From Thermoanaerobaculia bacterium (GTDB lineage: Bacteria; Acidobacteriota; Thermoanaerobaculia; Multivoradales; JAHEKO01), in contig JBFGCA010000002.1 of NCBI GenBank assembly GCA_041567315.1, positions 8,055 to 72,054 of the forward strand: a DNA stretch of 64,000 nucleotides. The letters are read 5' to 3'. Made by a program: the position numbers and the translations under genes. The notes below the pieces were generated by a model, which saw only the letters and a program-made list of their open reading frames with translations, was not told the DNA's origin and did no database searches. This document shows positions 59,219 to 64,000 of the stretch, piece after piece. Positions within the stretch are counted from its first letter, which is position 1; each line of letters begins with the position of its first letter.

Positions 59219-60403
59219 ATGATGCGTTCCCCCACCTTCCGGACCCTCACCATTCCGGTGCTGGCCCTGGCGCTCCTCGCCGGCGGTGCCGGAGTCGCCC
59301 TGGCCGGCTACGAGGAGGGCGTCGCCGCCTTCAAGGCCGGCAGGTACGACCAGGCGGCCCGCGAGTTCCAGGCCTTCGTCGACCAGCGCCCGGGCATCTT
59401 CGAGGGCTACTACATGCTGGGCCAGAGCCTCACCCGGCTCAACCGGTCGCGCGAGGCCCTGAGCCACCTCCAGGAGGCGCTCAAGCTCAAGCCGGACCAC
59501 GTCGGCGTGCAGCTCATCCTCGGCAAGACCTACCTCGACGTCGGCCGCTACAGCGACGCCGCCGGCCTGCTCGGCAAGATCAACGCCGGCTCGCTCCCCA
59601 AGGCGCAGCAGGGCGCCCTCTACCAGATGCTGGCCATGGCGCTCGAAAAGGGCGGCGATGAGGAGGGCGCGGCCGCCCAGCTCGGCCAGGCCGCCCGCGT
59701 CAACCCCGAGGACGCCGAGATCCAGTTCCAGTACGGCATTCTGGCCCTCAAGATCGGCGACACCGATCGCGCGATCGCGGCCCTCGCCAAGGCCACCCAG
59801 CTCGATTCCAAGGACGCCGCCAAGCAGCGCGCCTACGCGCAGGCGCTGGTCCGCAAGGGGCGCACCACCACCGGCACGGCGAAGATCGCCACCTACGAGA
59901 AGGCGGTGGTGGCCGGCAAGGTGGTGGCGGCGGGCAACCCCTCGTACGACGACCTGATGCTGCTGGCCGGCGCCCAGCTCGGCGCCAAGCAGTACGACGG
60001 CGCCCTCTCCACCCTCCAGCGGGCGGCCTCCAAGAACGCCGGCGACTGGCTGCCCCAGTTCTATCTCGGGCAGGCCTACACCCAGAAGGGTCAGTTCGCC
60101 TCCGCCGAGAGCTCTCTGCGCCAGGCCCTGGACAAGGCCTCTTCCAGCAGCGACAAGATGAAGATCTGGCAGAACCTGGGGCTGGTCTACGAGAAGCAGA
60201 AGAAGTACGACGACTCGATCGCCGCCTACCGTCAGGCCAACGACAGCGCCTCGGTGCAGCGGGTCCAGGAGAACAAGGACACCGCCGAGTACAACAAGGC
60301 GGTCGAGGCCGAGGCGGCCGAGATCAAGCGCCTGCAGGAAGAGCAGGAGCGGATCAAGGAAGAGCTGCAGGCCCTGCCCGGCGGGCCGCCGCCCGGCTTC
60401 TAG
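59219..60403 (+). CDS. TPR-repeat periplasmic protein (YbgF/CpoB-like?)
   Basis: AGGAGG RBS, ATG 59219. Signal peptide, multiple TPR motifs, C-terminal coiled coil (AEIKRLQEEQERIKEELQAL). Confidence 0.6.
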   Translation: MMRSPTFRTLTIPVLALALLAGGAGVALAGYEEGVAAFKAGRYDQAAREFQAFVDQRPGIFEGYYMLGQSLTRLNRSREALSHLQEALKLKPDHVGVQLILGKTYLDVGRYSDAAGLLGKINAGSLPKAQQGALYQMLAMALEKGGDEEGAAAQLGQAARVNPEDAEIQFQYGILALKIGDTDRAIAALAKATQLDSKDAAKQRAYAQALVRKGRTTTGTAKIATYEKAVVAGKVVAAGNPSYDDLMLLAGAQLGAKQYDGALSTLQRAASKNAGDWLPQFYLGQAYTQKGQFASAESSLRQALDKASSSSDKMKIWQNLGLVYEKQKKYDDSIAAYRQANDSASVQRVQENKDTAEYNKAVEAEAAEIKRLQEEQERIKEELQALPGGPPPGF

Positions 60404-61299
60404 CGCTCGCGCCGCAGCGAGACCACCGCTCCCAGCAGACCGGCGCTGCCGCCCAGGGCCAGCAGCGCCAGCAGTTGCTGCCACGACAGGAAGCGGCCGA
60501 CCAGCACGGCCCCGAAGAGGCTGGTGGACCCGGGGGCGCTGAGCGCGGCGAAGCCGACCCACAGACCAAGCAGGGCCAGCGCGCCGCCGGCCAGGCCCTG
60601 CAGCAGACCCTCCAGATAGAACGGGCCGCGCACGTAGAGCTCGGTGGCGCCCACCATCCGCATCACGGCGATCTCCTCGCGGTAGAGGTAGGCGGTCAGG
60701 CGGACGACGCTGGCGATGGTGAAGACCGCCGCTCCGAGCAGCGCCAGCCCGACCATCAGACCGATCCCCTTGAGCAGACCCACCAGGGTCTCGAGCTGCT
60801 GGAGCCAGTCGCGGTCGTCGTCGACCATCGTCACTCCCGGCTGCCGGCGCAGCTCGGCCAGCCACGAGGCCAGGCGCTCGTCCGCCACCCGCTCGGGCTG
60901 GAAGGCGATCTCGAGCGACGGCGGCAGCGGCTCCTCGCGCCAGCCCTCGACCAGCTCGGCGACGCTGGGGAAGATCTCCCGAAAGCGCTCCCGGGCCCGC
61001 GCCGCGCTCACCTCCTCGACCTGCTCGACCCAGGGCTTCGAGCGCAGCCCCCGGCCCAGCGCCTGGCGCTCGGCGGCGCTCTGCGCGGGATCGAGATAGA
61101 CCACGATCCGGGCCTCGCCTCGCCACTCGGCCACCACCCGCGACAGGTTCTCGATGAGCAGCAGGAAGGTCCCGCCGATAAAGACGCTGGCGGCGATGGT
61201 GACCACCGCCAGCAGGCTGACCCGCCAGCTGCGCCCCAGGCTGACCGCCGCCTCGCGCAGAAAGTAGGCGACGACCCGGAAGACCGCCAGCCGTCTCAC
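60400..61299 (-). CDS. ftsX: cell division permease FtsX
   Basis: GTG start at 61299 overlapping the ftsE stop (GTGA). VRRLAVFRVVAYFLREAAVSL N-terminus, four TM helices and a periplasmic domain. Confidence 0.85.
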   Translation of the reverse strand: MRRLAVFRVVAYFLREAAVSLGRSWRVSLLAVVTIAASVFIGGTFLLLIENLSRVVAEWRGEARIVVYLDPAQSAAERQALGRGLRSKPWVEQVEEVSAARARERFREIFPSVAELVEGWREEPLPPSLEIAFQPERVADERLASWLAELRRQPGVTMVDDDRDWLQQLETLVGLLKGIGLMVGLALLGAAVFTIASVVRLTAYLYREEIAVMRMVGATELYVRGPFYLEGLLQGLAGGALALLGLWVGFAALSAPGSTSLFGAVLVGRFLSWQQLLALLALGGSAGLLGAVVSLRRER

Positions 61300-62072
61300 C
61301 GCGGCGCCGTCGCCGGGACCGGAGCCGGCTCGCGCTCGTCCGCCGGCGCCCGTTGTCCCGGCTTCAGCCAGCGGTCGTCGACCAGCCGCCCGCGGTCGAG
61401 CATCAGCACCCTGCCGCCCACGGTCCGCAGCAGCTCGGGCTCGTGGGTGGCGACCAGCACGGTGGTGCCCTTGCGGTGGATCTCCACGAACAACCGCAGG
61501 ATCTCCCACGAGAGCTGCGGGTCCAGGTTGCCGGTGGGCTCGTCGGCGATCAGGATCTCGGGGTCGCCGATCAGCGCCCGGGCGATCGCCACCCGCTGCT
61601 GCTCACCGCCCGAGAGCTCGCCCGGGAAGGCGCTCATCCGGTGCGCCAGCTCGACCCGGCGGAGCGTCCGGTAGGCCATCTCCTTCTGCTCGCGCAGCGG
61701 CATGCCGAGGATCCGCGGCAGGTAGCCGACGTTCTCGAACACGGTCTTGCGCGGGATCAGCCGGAAGTTCTGGAAGACGACGCCGATCGAGCGTCTCAGA
61801 TAGGGGATCTTCTTGGCCGGCAGCGACGCGACGTTGCGCCCGTTGACCAGGATCTGCCCGCTGGTCGGCGTCAGCTCGCGGTAGATGAGCTTCAACAGGG
61901 TCGACTTGCCGGCCCCGCTCGGCCCGGTCAGAAACGCGAACTCCCCCGGCGCCAGCTCGAAGCTCACGTCCTCGAGCGCAGTCCGCCCCGGAAACCGCTT
62001 GCTGACCCGCAGAAAGTGGATCACGCGGTGGCGGGCCTTGGTAGCTGGAAGCACTGTGGCATGAATGGGCAA
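61296..62072 (-). CDS. ftsE: cell division ATP-binding protein FtsE
   Basis: Walker A GPSGAGKST, ABC signature LSGGEQQRVAIARAL, Walker B ILIADEPTGNLD. Listed start is TTG 62072; a GTG at 62024 (VIHFLRVSKRF) is a likely alternative. Confidence 0.93.
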   Translation of the reverse strand: MPIHATVLPATKARHRVIHFLRVSKRFPGRTALEDVSFELAPGEFAFLTGPSGAGKSTLLKLIYRELTPTSGQILVNGRNVASLPAKKIPYLRRSIGVVFQNFRLIPRKTVFENVGYLPRILGMPLREQKEMAYRTLRRVELAHRMSAFPGELSGGEQQRVAIARALIGDPEILIADEPTGNLDPQLSWEILRLFVEIHRKGTTVLVATHEPELLRTVGGRVLMLDRGRLVDDRWLKPGQRAPADEREPAPVPATAPR

Positions 62073-62140
62073 TTTTAGACCAAGGAGTGGTGCCCTCTCG
62101 AGCAGGCCTTGGGCGGTGGGTCAGCTTCAACGGGCGGGGC

Positions 62141-62495
62141 GAGAGCCGGCCGGGGCGGGGCATGCCAGGGGACGCGGCCGGCCTGACAGACTTCAGAGGG
62201 GAGGCCGGCCGCTCCTCACCGCTGCGCGCTGCCCGGTCCGTAGACTTCGAGGATTGTCGCAAGCGCTTGCGGCGAGGCCCCTGTCGAGCCCCACCCCGGC
62301 CGGCTCCTGCGCGGTCCGTGAGGGCTGACCCACCGCGCGGACCGCTGTGCGTCGAGCTGACCATCGTCAAGAGCAGCTAAGCGCCAAAAGCCTTGGTGGC
62401 GACCACGCGGGCCCGCGCGGAGGTGTTGGTGGTGGAACAAGTGGGGCGACGCCCGGTCTGAGGAGACAGCCCACCCTCTCTACCTGATTCTGGGC
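62141..62495 (+). repeat. copy B of the dispersed non-coding repeat (copy A at 22376-22645)
   Basis: Same module order and orientation as copy A. The GC hairpin (62174-62212) differs from copy A by a compensatory G-C to C-G swap. Contains about 80 bp extra relative to A. Confidence 0.8.
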
Positions 62496-62757
62496 TTCGG
62501 CGCTGAACTGCGCCTCGAGTAGTGCCTCGCCGTCTTGAGAACTTCAAGCCGTTGCGTCGCTCTACCGAGCTCTGGACCACGCCGACGTCATCCGCCCGAG
62601 TTCGGATCTCGCCACGTCGAGGCAGAGGAAATTTCCGTTTCTCTCTACCCGGCTCTAGTCTCCACCAACGCTGCGAAGATCGAGACGGAAGCCTAGCCAC
62701 GCCGACAGTCCGAAGCTCAGGCTCTAACCTGCTGCTCGACCGCCTTAGAATCCCGAC

Positions 62758-63453
62758 ATGCCGTCAGACAAGACCAACTGCCCCCGGCAGGTCAACGGGT
62801 GGTGGGTCTGGAGCGCGGGCGACGGGGCGGTGGAGGTCTCGTTCGTGGGGCGCGGGCCGAGCGGGGGGCGGCGCGACGCGCTGGGAGCCGTGGCGGATGG
62901 CGAGCTGGGGCTCGCCTGGCTGCGGCAGGTGCACTCGGCGCGGGTGGTGAGCGCGGAGAGCGGGGCGTGCGGCGAGGGGGACGCGCTGGTGACGCGGCAG
63001 GCGGGACTGGCTCTGAGCGTCGCGACGGCCGACTGCGTGCCGGTGGTGGTGGCGGGCGGCGATCGGGTGGCGGCGGTCCATGCGGGATGGCGCGGCATCG
63101 CCGAGGGCGTCGTGGCGGCGGCGCTCCACCGGCTGGGTGGCGATCCGGGGACGCTCACGGCATGGATCGGGCCGGCGATCGGCCCTTGCTGCTACGAGGT
63201 CGGCGGCGACGTCGCCGAGCGGGTCGCCGGCGCCAGTCATGCGGCAGTGGTCAAAGCCCGGGCCACCGGCCGCCCTCACCTGGATCTGCCGGCGGCGGCG
63301 ACCCACCAGCTCGCTGCGGGCGGGATCGAGCGGGTGCAGCACATCGAGGCCTGCACCCGCTGCTCCACCGGAGAGCTGTGGAGCTATCGCCGCGAGGGCC
63401 GGGGTGCAGGACGGAACTACACCTTCGCGTGGCTGCGGCCGGGCACGACCTGA
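62758..63453 (+). CDS. pgeF: YfiH/PgeF family purine nucleoside phosphorylase / peptidoglycan editing factor
   Basis: Conserved His/Cys motifs: VHAGWRG, GPCCYEVG, CTRCS. 231 aa. Confidence 0.85.
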   Translation: MPSDKTNCPRQVNGWWVWSAGDGAVEVSFVGRGPSGGRRDALGAVADGELGLAWLRQVHSARVVSAESGACGEGDALVTRQAGLALSVATADCVPVVVAGGDRVAAVHAGWRGIAEGVVAAALHRLGGDPGTLTAWIGPAIGPCCYEVGGDVAERVAGASHAAVVKARATGRPHLDLPAAATHQLAAGGIERVQHIEACTRCSTGELWSYRREGRGAGRNYTFAWLRPGTT

Positions 63454-63480
63454 CCGCGTCGTGGCGTGCCGAGCCCGCGC

Positions 63481-63678
63481 TCAGCGGCCGCGGCGGCGGC
63501 GCATGCGGCGGGTGGGGTCGATGCCGATCGAGCGCAGGAAGGAGAGGTCGCGGCCGTTGATGCGGAACACCGGGTCGGCGCCGCGGGGGGTGAGCTCGAA
63601 GGCCTCCGGGGTCTCGTCCTCACGCTTGCGGTCGACGACGAGATAGACCGACCAGCCCTCTTCACGGATGCGGTGCAT
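63481..63678 (-). CDS. hypothetical small protein (start uncertain)
   Basis: Open frame ending at 63481. Conservative ATG at 63678; a strong GAGGAGG RBS at 63772-63778 precedes non-canonical ATT/CTG codons at 63768/63765, which would give about 95 aa. No family recognised. Confidence 0.3.
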   Translation of the reverse strand: MHRIREEGWSVYLVVDRKREDETPEAFELTPRGADPVFRINGRDLSFLRSIGIDPTRRMRRRRGR

Positions 63679-63854
63679 CGAGCGCGTCACGTCGGAAGAC
63701 TCCGACAGCGCCCGCGACAGGGCGCCGCGGAGATCGCGCAACACCTGTCGGAGTTTGGCGTCCAGAATCGTCCTCCTCGGCGCGAAGCGACAGGGGGGAA
63801 TTATCGTCGGCCCGTCGAGGGCTGTCAAACAACCCACATGGTAGCTTGACCGCC

Positions 63855-64000
63855 GTGAGTGCCGCGATCCGGACGGCCGGCGAGGAGCCATTGCCGCCTC
63901 GTCTCGCCGCCTGGCTCGCGGCCCGCGAGCGGCGATTCACCGCCGCAGAACGACTGGCCGGCGACGTCTCGCCGCGCCGCTACTGGCGGCTCGAGCTGGC
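63855..64000 (+). CDS. phosphotransferase-family kinase (AmgK/APH-like), N-terminal fragment at window edge
   Basis: GTG 63855. AGDVSPRRYWRLEL matches the (D/G)xSxRRYxR N-terminal motif of AmgK-type anomeric sugar kinases and APH-fold kinases. Runs off the window. Confidence 0.4.
   Translation, partial: MSAAIRTAGEEPLPPRLAAWLAARERRFTAAERLAGDVSPRRYWRLEL

Noticed and set aside
62087-62380. 97-aa ORF with AAGGAG upstream inside repeat copy B
   Set aside because: The SD-start spacing is too short (1-4 nt). The homologous frame in copy A lacks a start codon. Third-position GC is atypical. Kept only as a low-interest finding, not a feature.
62540-62640. tRNA-like or tmRNA-like fragments (GGTCCAGAGCTCGGTAGAGCG on the minus strand; CCCGAGTTCGGATCTCG T-arm-like on the plus strand)
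   Set aside because: I could not fold either strand into a complete cloverleaf. The D-loop would be only 4 nt, and the T-arm-like stem has a C-C mismatch and G58. The two pieces are on opposite strands. I did not call a tRNA.

Overview
This is a 64 kb, very high-GC (about 70%) bacterial chromosome window in which nearly every frame is open, so genes were called by recognisable protein families and frame logic rather than ORF length. The organism is Gram-negative: an LPS core operon (waaA-lpxK-lpxL-waaF) and TonB-ExbBD are present. A 'VWFA-related Acidobacterial domain' protein and a membrane-fused spermidine-synthase-like protein point to Acidobacteria, but this is inference. The main content is type IV pilus (T4P) machinery in two blocks. 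The first is a minus-strand operon pilC-pilB-pilM-pilN-pilO-pilP followed by a TPR lipoprotein, with an ECF sigma/anti-sigma pair and a short secretin-N-like protein upstream (1-8.2 kb). The second holds pilA with a sigma-54 promoter and an intrinsic terminator, pilD, a PilS-like kinase, four minor pilins, a 1394-aa PilY1-like adhesin, and a sigma-54 NtrC/PilR-like activator (28-46 kb). Wrapped around pilA/pilD is the most unusual feature: a UbiA-family decaprenyl-phosphate phosphoribosyltransferase homologue (Rv3806c-like) with a PAP2 phosphatase (Rv3807c-like) and a membrane aminopropyltransferase-like protein, two tandem ArnT/PMT-like GT-C glycosyltransferases, and two paralogous YfhO-like large GT-C-fold membrane proteins. 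Two M20 peptidase paralogs flank pilA. I read this as a candidate polyprenyl-phosphate-pentose (ribo/arabinofuranose) protein or envelope glycosylation system associated with type IV pilin. Housekeeping genes include accC plus a BCCP-like protein, pccB, accD-folC, glyA, yebC-ruvC, exbB-exbD-exbD-tonB, ftsEX, tldD/pmbA and pgeF. Two copies of a ~280-350 bp non-coding repeat (22.4 kb and 62.2 kb) share a GC-rich hairpin with a compensatory base-pair change, suggesting a small structured RNA or MITE-like element. No rRNA, tRNA or CRISPR features were found.
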